Assembly: GCA_950097015.1 (NCBI GenBank)
Contig: CATNEN010000003.1
Location: 9,672,001 to 9,736,000 of the forward strand
DNA from: Macrostomum hystrix
Taxonomy: Eukaryota; Animalia; Platyhelminthes
Length of the DNA stretch: 64,000 bases
Direction: 5' to 3'
Below the pieces are notes generated by a model. That model saw nothing but the letters and a program-made list of their open reading frames with translations. It searched no databases and was not told the DNA's origin. Below, one piece after another: positions 24,891 to 35,800 of this stretch. Position 1 is the first letter of the stretch. Every line of letters begins with the position of its first letter. Made by a program: the position numbers and the translations under genes.

Positions 24891-26096
24891 TAGCTTTAAA
24901 AAGCTGTAAATTCAGCTGCTTAAAAGTATATACTAGACGAATTAAAATTATTTCTGCTCCCCGAAGGGGGGCAAAACTTGCTAGTCTGCTAACTAAAAAT
25001 TATCACATATTCACAGAATCAAGCTGAGATCTAATTTGTCATCTAAATATCACAATTAAGAATATGGTCCTTGGACACTTTGTCATCTTACAACTTTGTC
25101 ATCCAAATGACAATCTGTCCAATATCTCAGATGGTAGAACGCAAAGTGACTTAGACTTGTGACTTAGACTCTATAAAACAAACATTTTTAAAGTTGGAAC
25201 AGAACCACACCTCCCCACATCGTGTTGGCACCTATCTTTCAACTCTTATAATTAAATCAGTTTTGTTATCTCTTTTTGACAATTTAGAGTATGAAGTGTG
25301 TTCCCACCTCTGCCCTACCACCCCACTCTTTTTATGTCTTCTTTTTATGTCTTCTTTATGTCTCTATATATTTTGTAAATATATTTTTTCAGTTGGTTTT
25401 TCTATGTTTTCTTTCGCATTTTTTATCTAGCTTAACTTGTTCTTTTTGACTGACTTAAGTTTTTGCCATAGGAGCTTAACTATAGCTAAATATTTTTATT
25501 AGCTATTCTATTATTTTTTTTACATTTTTCTTAACTTAGTGGGCTTAAGTTTGGCATATAATCATAAAATTAGTTAGTTTAGCTATGTCAACATATCACT
25601 GTTGATATGCTAGGTAAAGATGCTAGGCATTGTAAGGAGTCTTTATCTCTAGGCCCATATATATTTTTTGAATATAGTTCAGCTACATTCAATGCAAAAT
25701 TTCTTTTTTTATCTATATAGGAAAGTCATTAAAAAACAGCCAGTAAGCTGAGATTGGAAGCCTAAAATTTGAAATTTTTGCAGCTAGCCAATTTACAAAC
25801 AAAAAATAAAAGTAAAATCTGATTCAAAACAGTTTAAATGTTGTTTTTATAATGTCCAAATGACAGTTTTTTGTATTCATTCAGTTAAGCAAATCCTTTT
25901 TAAATGACTATCAAATGTAGTAAAAAATATTATATGGGTGGTACTCAGTAAAAGTGTTATGCTGATGTTGTATAAACTTTTCTTATCATATTGTTTGGAT
26001 GACTAGACCTAGGAGCTAGGACCACTGAAACAGCGCTTGTGTTCTGATTGTATAAATTAAATATCTTTCCAGCCTCATTCACCATCTTGGCAAGGC

Positions 26097-27263
26097 ATGT
26101 ACACCATCGAAATGTTAACACCTAATGTCTCATTTGCATCTGGGAGTTTACAAGACAGTGATGTACTGCAACTAGAAGGTACTCATAGCAAAGTTGGTAA
26201 GGGTCGTGGCAGTCGAATCCAGCTTAACAGCAGTTTTGTGTCTAACAGCTCAACTAGCTTGACTTTAACTCCAGCAGCACCATCTCCTGTTGTTTACAGT
26301 GCACTGTTGTCTCATGACGAACTAACAACACCATTGACTCAGTTCGACAAACATTCTAGCATCGACAACAATAATAACAACAAATTTAGCAGCAACAGAA
26401 GCTATTGGCTCACAAAAGGCTTTGGCAGAGGTCGCGGTCATCGTTCACATTTCGTTAATTACAGTTCCGGCGCTTGGCTTTCGAAGATTGGTTGTATTAC
26501 CGATGGCAGCGCTGATCAAGAAATGGATTATGTTGATGATGAAGCTTCTAGTGTTGAATGGGACCGCTCCGACTTGCTAAAGAATGAAGAGTCTTGCGAT
26601 GAACATTCTTTTGGAGAGTGTTCAGAATGCCATTGTGTTGGTGACAGCTACTGTAATCATCGATTTGATAAGAGTCCGGACTGTGTCATTGTTGATGAAA
26701 ATTTCGGCAGCAGTGCCATTGACGAATGTCAAGCTTATCAACAGGCTCAGTCGCACTCGCAATTGCCAGATAGCGCGAAAGAACATCGAGAATTTTTTAT
26801 AATTGGCCAATTGCCTGTTTTACTGGTGTCTTGCGAACAGCAAGCAGTATTAATGTCTAATAGTGACCAGGCAGTGTTGAATCTGCAGCCATTGTATCTA
26901 ACTAGTGGCGGCATTCATCTGCCAAGCCAGAGTAATGAAAATCTACCAACTGTGAATGGCGAATGGAAGCCAGAGAGTAGTGTGAGAAGATCAGAGATAA
27001 TGCTGGTCAAACCGCAGCAGCAGAGCCAACAAATTTTAGCAGCCAGTGCAAATCAACCCTGCGATCCTCAGAAACTCAACTCAAATAGTCTGTGTCTGCC
27101 ATCAAATCAGCAGTTTTCCTTGCCAAATAGGCAGGCTATAGACCAACAGTTTAGTGTACAGTCGAAGCTGCCTATTCATGACGCTACCTTCTTGGACTAC
27201 AAAATTGAACAAATCGATCACAATGAATTTACAGACTTCTCCATTATGGAGCTGAGTATTTAA
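26097..27263 (+). CDS. Uncharacterised 388-aa S/Q/N-rich protein (single coding exon)
   Basis: Long non-repetitive ATG ORF preceded by a strong acceptor TCTTTCCAG (26072); two G-R-G-R-G-like motifs; no recognisable domain. Confidence 0.55.
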   Translation: MYTIEMLTPNVSFASGSLQDSDVLQLEGTHSKVGKGRGSRIQLNSSFVSNSSTSLTLTPAAPSPVVYSALLSHDELTTPLTQFDKHSSIDNNNNNKFSSNRSYWLTKGFGRGRGHRSHFVNYSSGAWLSKIGCITDGSADQEMDYVDDEASSVEWDRSDLLKNEESCDEHSFGECSECHCVGDSYCNHRFDKSPDCVIVDENFGSSAIDECQAYQQAQSHSQLPDSAKEHREFFIIGQLPVLLVSCEQQAVLMSNSDQAVLNLQPLYLTSGGIHLPSQSNENLPTVNGEWKPESSVRRSEIMLVKPQQQSQQILAASANQPCDPQKLNSNSLCLPSNQQFSLPNRQAIDQQFSVQSKLPIHDATFLDYKIEQIDHNEFTDFSIMELSI

Positions 27264-28209
27264 AATCCAACTAATAGCGACTATCTAAGCGGTTCAGTTA
27301 GCAGCTCAACCATTAACGCTTCTCTTGAAACTAAAGCTGCTACGCTAAGCGACTCCTGTGCTGATTATTCCTTAGTTGCGATGCCATTGTATGCGACTGC
27401 CGGCGATTTAAACCATCCGACTGTTACTGGTCTGAACAAACTTCAAGACTAGAGAAGAAGCAACAACACATCCTTCTAGCTTTTTCGTAGTATAATGGAA
27501 GATGCATCTTGACTTCTTTCTAGTTACTATATTTCACTTTTTCTAATCGATAAATATTTGATTGATTTCATGCATTTTTACGCTAGAAATATTTTTGGTA
27601 TTTTGTTCTGTATTAGTTGTCGCTTTCAAGCAGAGTTTGTTGCGCAGTCAGTGCCACATCCTAAACCGTTTTTCTTACTTTTTGGTGATGGGATTTTTTT
27701 GTTGCTTTTCATGGTTGCTATGCTTTTCAATCAATGTCTATTTTATAGCATTTTTCCAGTTTGCCAATTTTGTGACTTGAAGACTTGCTCACTTCAAGGC
27801 TTAAACTAAAGTTACATTTTTGCTTATATAATATTTTTACATAATAATGTGGCTTTTCTTAATTTTCAGAAGAGCCAAAGCAACCTTTTTAGGATTGTCT
27901 GGATACAGAAAAATAATTATGGAAAGCGAATTTATCCGCGAAACTCGCTCTTATGCTTTTCTATTCATTCTTTAGAGATAAGTTTTGGCCACTTTGCTGT
28001 TTTCTTTCTCATCCCAATAAATCTCCATTGTTACGTCAAATTTTTTCTTAAACAGTTTGTACTTCTGTGCTCTTTTATAAACACGAAATTTTTCTAATTT
28101 TTGGACATAAATCTACCTTATCTTTGAATTATTATATTCGCCATTGCTCGCCTTGAGTTTAAAAACTAAATTAAGAAGACAATTTAGTCTCTTAGAAGAC
28201 AATGTATCA

Positions 28210-28890
28210 CCATCAGGTGACATCAAGTTTGTCGGCAATGTGACACTAAATTACGAATAATCATTTAGGTGACACTAAATTAGTCCTTTAGGTGGCACCA
28301 AATTACTCTAGAATGTGACAATAAATTAGTCCAACAGGTGACACTAAATTAGTCCAACAGGTGACACTAAATTAGTCCAACAGGTGACACTAAATTAGTC
28401 CAACAGGTGATACCCAATTAGCCCAAAAGGTGACACTAAATTAGTCCAACAGGTGACACCAATTTAGTCCAACAGGTGATACCCAATTAGCCCAACAGGT
28501 GACACTAAATTAGTCCAACAGGTGACACTCATTCAGCCCAACAGGTGATACCCAATTAGTCCAACAGGTGACACTAAATTAGTCCAACAGGTGACACTAA
28601 ATTAGTCCAACAGGTGACACGAAATTAGTCCAACAGGTGTCACTAAATTAGTCCAACAGGTGACACCCAATTAGTGCAACAGGTGACACTAAATTAGTCC
28701 AACAGGTGACACCCAATTAGTCCAACAGGTGACACTAAATTAGTCCAACAGGTGACACGAAATTAGTCCAACAGGTGACACGAAATTAGTCCAACAGGTG
28801 TCACTAAATTAGTCCAACAGGTGACACCCAATTAGTCCAACAGGTGACACCCAATTAGTCCAACAGGTGACACCAAATTAGTACAATAGG
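28210..28890. repeat. Minisatellite, 23-bp unit GGTGACACTAAATTAGTCCAACA
   Basis: Tandem array ending ~100 bp before the CCDC51 acceptor; each unit contains CAG|GTGAC. Confidence 0.95.
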
Positions 28891-28996
28891 TGGCTGTCTC
28901 TACAAATCCTTACTTTGCGTAACTTTAAGACCTGACTGACTTGTTTTGTTTATCATAATTTTAAAATGCCCTTTTTAAAACGCATCCTATTTACAG

Positions 28997-29133
28997 GCTC
29001 AATCAAGTCTTTCCGCGGCGGCTCTAGTTGCCATTAGATCATCGACTAGATTCGGTCGTCATAGTTTATTGTTAAAATTAAACTTTAAGCCCTACCATGC
29101 AGCATATTCCACCACTGGCGGTGGGAATGTGCC

Positions 29134-29167
<34 letters not shown>

Positions 29168-30317
29168 GAACAGTCGGCTTCTTTGATACTTAACTATTTT
29201 AATTCCGTCACTCGTTGGTACGAGTCTTTAATCGGTCTGGACGAGGTTCGCCGGGCTCAACAGGCCGTCCTCACAGCCGAGGAACGCTTCCTAGACTGCC
29301 AACAGGCTAGGCGCACACTGCAGCAGCAGCAGCAGGCACTCGGCATGGAACGAGACAGACTAGAACTGGAGATGGACAAGTATCAGAAGGGCGAGGATAA
29401 ATATTTGCAGTTGATATTGCGCGAGCACGATTTGATTAAATCTGAGCAGAGCCTTACTCAACGGGTGCAGGTGAGATGCCTTCGAGAACTATACTGCAGT
29501 TTTTAGCAGAACCACTGATAGTAGGCTGTAGCCTTTGGGCTACTCGTAGTAGCCTAGTGGTTAGAGCGTCGGACTAAAGACTTAGTCCGATAGGTCGGGG
29601 GTTCGATTCCCTACTCCACTGAAAAACAGAAAATATTCTTGGCCTTTAGCATCATACTTAACTCTGCATTGCTTCAGTTCATCCAGCTGTTAAATGGGTA
29701 CCAGCATTAGCTGAGGTAATTGAGGGTGGGTGTGGCGTCCCACCAGTTAATGGACTGAACAGGCGTACGCAACCCTCAGAAGGTGTCATGTTCTATAATC
29801 AATTGTGTCATTTTCATAATGATTTTCATAATTAGCCTGTGTGACTCCCGTCTACAAAACTCCGCAGGCCGCTGAGCACGAGGAGAGGAAGAAATTTGGT
29901 CAATTATCGGCCGCATTCAGGGCCAGCCACGAGCAGGAGCGAGCTCACAGCGAGCGAACCAAGTACTGGACTCTGATTGGCTCCGTAGCTGGCACCCTGC
30001 TGGGCCTCGGCGCCGCCTCTCTGCACCGCTGGCTTAGATTAAGAGAAGCTAAAGAGAATCAATTATTAGCCGAGGCACTGCGCGATCAAGCCGATCAATT
30101 GAATAGCTTATTGGCTAGCTTGGCCACAGCTACTACTGCTAGTAGTACGGAATCAGTTGCATTATTATCAACGGAAGGCTGCAGTGAACAGAAATTGGAG
30201 TTGCTAGTAGATTCTGGAATGCGCAGAACTGCTGCTGCTGCTGGCTTGGCAGCTATTGCTGGCTGCGGCTTAGCCTTGGCCATTGTTAGATTATTTAGTG
30301 CTGCATCATCTTCCTAA
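28997..30317 (+). CDS. CCDC51: Mitochondrial potassium channel MITOK / coiled-coil domain-containing 51
   Basis: Exons 28997-29470 and 29868-30317. WYESLIGLDEVRRAQQAVLTAEERF, YLQLILREHDLIKSE and ERKKFGQLSAAFRASHEQERAHSERTKYWTLIGSVAGTLLG match CCDC51. No in-frame ATG at the exon start. Confidence 0.9.
29546..29790 (+). mobile_element. tRNA-derived SINE copy B (CCDC51 intron)
   Basis: A-box TAGCCTAGTGG, B-box GGTTCGATTCC, conserved body ..GCTGTTAAATGGGTACCAGC.. Confidence 0.85.
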
Positions 30318-30429
30318 TATCAATGTTCAAGCCTTTTCTGTATAGTGATTTAGATTCGCTTATTTGTGTGGCTGTATATTGGAATTCTTCGTTAAATCTA
30401 TGACGATCACGGCTTGGTTATTCATAACT

Positions 30430-31915
30430 GTCTTTTCCCTGTCTGTCTAACTCTTTTTCCATCCCCTGACTGTCTCTACCCTGTCTGTCTCTCTCTGTCT
30501 GTCTCTCCCTGTCTGTCTCTCCCTGTCTGTCTCTCCCTTTCTGTCTCTCCCTGTCTGTCTCTGTCTGTCTCTACCCTGCCTGTCTCTCTCTGTCTGTCTC
30601 TCCCTGTCTGTCTCTCTCTGTCTGTCTCTCCCTGTCTGTCTCTCCCTTTCTGTCTCTCCCTGTCTGTCTCTGTCTGTCTCTACCCTGCCTGTCTCTCTCT
30701 GTCTGTCTCTCCCTGTCTGTCTCTGTTTGTCTCTCCCTGTCTGTCTCTACCCTGTCTGTCTCTCTCTGTCTCTACCCTGTCTGTCTGTCTCTCCCTGTCT
30801 GTCTCTACCCTGTCTGTGCCTCCCTGTCTGTCTCTACCCTGTCTGTCTCTCCCTGCCTGTCTCTGTCTGTCTCTCTCTGTCTGTCCCTCCCTGTCTGTCT
30901 TCCCCTGTCTGTCTCTCCCTGTCTGTCTCTGTTTGTCTCTCCCTGTCTGTCTCTACCCTGTCTGTCTCTCCCTGCCTGTCTCTGTCTGTCTCTCTCTGTC
31001 TGTCCCTCCCTGTCTGTCTTCCCCTGTCTGTCTCTCCCTGTCTGTCTCTGTTTGTCTCTCCCTGTCTGTCTCTCTCTGTCTCTACCCTGTCTGTCTGTCT
31101 CTCCCTGTCTGTCTCTACCCTGTCTGTGCCTCCCTGTCTGTCTCTACCCTGTCTGTCTCTCCCTGCCTGTCTCTGTCTGTCTCTCTCTGTCTGTCCCTCC
31201 CTGTCTGTCTTCCCCTGTCTGTCTCTCCCTGTCTGTCTCTGTCTGTCTCTCCCTGTCTGTCTCTCCCTGTCTGTCTCTGTCTGTCTCTCTCTGTCTGTCC
31301 CTCCCTGTCTGTCTTCCCCTGTCTGTCTCTCCCTGTCTGTCTCTGTCTGTCTCTCTCTGTCTGTCTCTACCCTGTCTGTCTCTGTCTGTCTCTACCCTGC
31401 CTGTCTCTCTCTGTCTGTCTCTCCCTGTCTGTCTCTGTTTGTCTCTCCCTGTCTGTCTCTACCCTGTCTGTCTGTCTCTCCCTGTCTGTCTCTACCCTGT
31501 CTGTGCCTCCCTGTCTGTCTCTACCCTGTCTGTCTCTACCCTGTCTGTCTCTCCCTGTCTGTCTCTGTCTGTATCTCTCTGTCTGTCCCTCCCTGTCTGT
31601 CTTCCCCTGTCTGTCTCTCCCTGTCTGTCTCTGTCTGTCTGTCTCTACCCTGTCTGTCTCTCTCTCTGTCTGTCTCTCCCTGTCTGTCCCTCCCTGTCTG
31701 TCTCTCCCTGTCTGTCTCTCCCTGTCTGTCTCTGTCTGTCTCTCCCTGTCTGTCTCTACCCTGTCTGTCTCTCTCTCTGTCTGTCTCTCCCTGTCTGTCC
31801 CTCCCTGTCTGTCTTCCCCTGTCTGTCTCTCCCTGTCTGTCCGTCCCTGTCTGTCTTCCCCTGTCTGTCTCTCCCTGTCTGTCCGTCCCTGTCTGTCCCT
31901 CCCTGTCTGTCCCCC
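30430..31915. repeat. Compound TCTG/TC/TCCC pyrimidine-rich microsatellite (CCDC51-BRF1 spacer)
   Basis: 1.5-kb low-complexity tract; source of the spurious L/S/V/C ORFs. Confidence 0.95.
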
Positions 31916-32803
31916 ACGCTCAACTATGTCTTCCTGTTTTCGTCTGTTCTCTTTATCTACAAATGTATCTATAACTTTCTCTTTCCGATGTTTTGTGTTT
32001 TCAATTGTCTGCTTGTCACCCTCAATATTCAGTCTTTTGAAATGCTTCATCGAAGCAATGTTACGTAGGTTATTTAGTGTTTGTGGACTAAAGCATAACC
32101 GAGTGGTAAACAGTTTTTTTCTTACTCTATAATAGAAATAAACTTGATGCTTATAGATTTAGCATTTTATTAGGTTAAATTTATAACCAAATGGATGAAT
32201 TCGAGTTTTACCTAGTTATATAAGGCACAAAAGTATTTCCTGTTATTTTCATGATTTTATAGTTGATCTTCTTTCATGCTTATGTTTAACTTTAACAAAC
32301 TAAACTTTAACAACACCATCCCTGTGAGTTATGTTAGCTAAGATTGTTGTTATACTCGTATTAAAAAACGAATTTAGAAATCATGAAAATACATTGTCAA
32401 GGAAAAGAATAATTTTTTTAATGAATGTAGTTTTACTTTTTATAATTGTTTTTTTTCACTGTACTACCAATCTGTTCTCGACAATAGAACAGTAGCACAG
32501 CCGCTTAGCCCAGTTAATGCTGGTTACTCATTTTACTGCTCACTGTACTCAAGCTATAAAGTATTAAGCGTCTTGCACAATTAGACAAACAGTATTCCCC
32601 TAAGCTCTTCTTAGTCTAAGCTTTAAACGTGGTACTACAAGCCTGACAAGTGGTCAGAAAGAATATTCTAATTATATATCAATTCCAGTTGACTTGACAA
32701 AGGTGCAACCTCGTCAAACGCATCCTTCATTGACGAGGCTAATAATCCCATAGTAAATTTTCACAAATCTCCATTGAAGTAATTAACTAGAAAGTGCACA
32801 GCA

Positions 32804-35800
32804 ATGGACTCCAAGCCATCATCGAAGCTCAATTGTCGTCATTGCGGCAGCTCGGAGATCAATGAGGATCGTAGACGCGGCGACACAGTCTGTATGAACT
32901 GCGGCGCCGTGCTAGAAGAGGGCATGATTGTTAACGAGGTGGAATTTCAAGATAGCGCGGCTGGTAGCGCTCAGGTCTGTGTACACTTATTTTGCCTGAG
33001 TAGAGTTTTATGCTTGCTGCCTTAATAGTTGCCTTCTGTTTTTATGCATCTTTTGTTACTCTGTTTCTTACACTCTTACCTCTTTCTGCTTCTTTCCTCT
33101 CATTTCTTATCATATTGTCACTTTTCCTCTCTTATCTTCTTCTCTTATCTCCTCTTCTATCCGCCCTTTCATCTCATTTTATCTCCTCTATCATCTAATT
33201 TTTAATCTCCTCTCCTCTCCTCTCCTGTCCTGTCCTCTCCTCTCCTCTCCTGTCCTGTCCTCTCCTCTCCTATCCTCTGCTCTCTTCTCCTGTCCTGTCC
33301 TGTCCTCTCGTCTCCTTTCCTCTCCTCTGCTCTCTTCTCCTGTCCTGTCCTGTCCTGTCCTGTCCTCTCCTCTCCTCTGCTCTATTCTCCTGTCCTGTCC
33401 TCTCCTCTCCTCTCCTCTCATGTCCTCTCCTCTCCTGTCCTCTGCTCTCTTCTCCTGTCCTGTCCTGTCCTGTCCTGTCCTCTCCTCTCCTCTGCTCTCT
33501 TCTCCTGTCCTGTCCTGTCCTGTCCTGTCCTCTCCTCTCCTCTGCTCTATTCTCCTGTCCTGTCCTGTCCTCTCCTCTCCTCTCCTCTCCTCTCCTCTCC
33601 TCTCATGTCCTCTCCTCTCCTGTCCTCTCCTCTCTTCTCCTGTCCTGTCATGTCATGTCCTGTCCTCTCTTCTCCTGTTCTGTCCTGTCCTGTCCTCTCC
33701 TCTCCTCTCCTCTCCTCTGCTCTTTTCTCCTATCCTGTCCTCTCCTCTCCTCTCCTCTGCTCTCTTCTCCTATCCTCTCCTCTCCTCTCCTCTCCTCTCC
33801 TCTGCTCTTTTCTCCTATCCTGTCCTCTCCTCTCCTCTCCTCTGCTCTCTTCTCCTGTCCTCTCTTCTCCTCTCCTCTCCTCTCCTACCCTATCTTCTCC
33901 TACCCTATCCTCTCCTACCCTATCCTCTCCTACCCTATCCTCTCCTACCCTATCCTCTTCTCTCCTGTCCTGTCCTCACCTCTGCTCTGCTCTCCTCCCC
34001 TCTCCTCAATCCTCACCTTAGATCTACTTTCCTCTTCCATCACCTCTCTGATGGTGTCTCTCAGACATCTCTAAGTTGTATCAAACATAGATCAAAATTC
34101 TCTCCTACCTGGCCAGGTGATCGGCCAATTCATGGCGAACGACTCGTCCGGCTTCCTACCAGGCAGCGCCAGTTTAGCCAGCAAGCTGGGATTCCAGCGC
34201 GAGTCGCGTCAGTTAACACTGAACAATGCCAGGCGCCGCCTTCAACAGGTCGGTGGTCAATTGCGCCTCACCCAGCACCAGATTGACATGGCCTATAATT
34301 TCTATCGGACAATTCTGAATCGAGGCTGGACTAGGGGTCGCAAAGTGAATTACGTCATCGCTGCCTGTCTGTACATTGTCTGCCGCACCGAGGGAACGCA
34401 TCATATGCTGCTGGATCTCAGCGATTTGCTGCAGGTTTGGCCCATAGACAGTGTCGGGTGGGCCAGGGACCGGCAACCTCCGGTCCGTCCCTGCCTATCT
34501 GCATATCTGCATATCTCCCCTGCCTAATCTCAGTCCTGGTCACCTCTCCCCTGCCTCATCTCACTCCTGGTCACCTCTCCCCTGCCTCATCTCACTCCTG
34601 GTCACCTCTCCCTGCCTCATCTCAGTCCTTGTCATCTCTCCCCTGCCTCATCTCACTCCTGATCACATCTCCCCTGCCTCATCTCACTCCTGGTCACCTC
34701 TCCCCTGCCTCATCTCACTCCTGGTCACCTCTCCCCTGCCTCATCTCACTCCTGGTCACCTCTCCCCTGCCTCATCTCACTCCTGGTCACCTCTCCCCTG
34801 CCTCATCTCACTCCTGGTCACCTCTCCCCTGCCTCATCTCACTCCTGGTCACCTCTTCCCTGCCTCATCTCACTCCTGGTCACCTCTCCCCTGCCTCATC
34901 TCACTCCTGGTCACCTCTCCCCTGCCTCATCTCACTCCTGATCACATCTCCCCTGCCTCATCTCACTCCTGGTCGCCTCTCCCCTGCCTCATCTCACTCC
35001 TGGTCACCTCTCCCCTGCCTCATCTCACTCCTGGTCACCTCTCCCCTGCCTCATCTCTTCCATGTCGTATTCCACACTCAATCCAGCCCGCTTCTCTTTC
35101 CTTCTAAGTGTCCTTCTAATTGACACATTTTCTATATTCGTCTAAAAATTCAAACTCCCGACTTTTTAGTCGCGACCAGTCCATGGACTAAACAGCTGTT
35201 ACACAACCTTCGGATACCTTTGCCATTCTATTGACATATTGTTGCGTTATCACCCGAACTCTCAGGTGAATGTTTACGTACTCGGTCGCAGCTACACTGA
35301 GATAGCCAAGCGTCTGTGTATCAACATCCCTGCTCTAGATCCCTGCCTGTATATTCAAAGATTTGCACAGAAGCTGGAATTCGGCGATAGATCTCGCGAA
35401 GTTGAAACCACGGCTATGCGACTGTTGCAGCGAATGAAGAAGGACTGGATCGCTGTCGGTAGGCGACCGGCTGGTTTGGCGGCCTCCGCTCTGCTGGTTG
35501 CTGGGCGATTGCATAATTATAATCGCACTGTAGAGGACGTTGCTAGGTGGGTTTCAATGGTAACTGAATTTGTTTTAATTGAGGCGTTTGAAGCGTAAAA
35601 TTGTTATTAAATTTGCCTTTCTTGGTGATAATATGCCTGCTACTGTGATAATATCTAGTGGATAATTTGCCTACTTAGGGAATACTTTTTTTACTTGGGA
35701 TAACTTGTTTACTGTGGGAATAGTTTTTTACTAATTTTTTTATAATTCGTTTACTTAATGATAATTTCGAAATTTTCGAACATTTAGCCAAATATGGAAT

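Larger units (their letters stand above)
13081..24984 (+). mobile_element. Putative non-autonomous Helitron (composite)
   Basis: 5' end: TCCACTATACTAAAAATGAAATG(GTTG)n...AACGGCTCAACCGATTTT, typical of Lep1/HINE-like Helitron heads. 3' end: hairpin GCTCCCC-GAA-GGGGGGC (24956-72) then CTAG|T. That the two ends belong to one element is inferred. Confidence 0.55.

Noticed and set aside
28263-28277. 15-nt match to the SP6 promoter (ATTTAGGTGACACTA)
   Set aside because: It is part of the degenerate edge of the native 23-bp array, lacks the TAG ending, and has no other vector sequence nearby.
29546-29625. Possible tRNA gene
   Set aside because: No proper acceptor stem, and it continues into a body shared with other SINE copies.
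30414-32132. 572-aa and other long repetitive ORFs (also 3034-4015, 23845-25027, 33420-35123, 49979-51370, 56481-58645, 60012-61668)
   Set aside because: They are stop-free translations of tandem repeats, open in several frames, and lie in introns or spacers.
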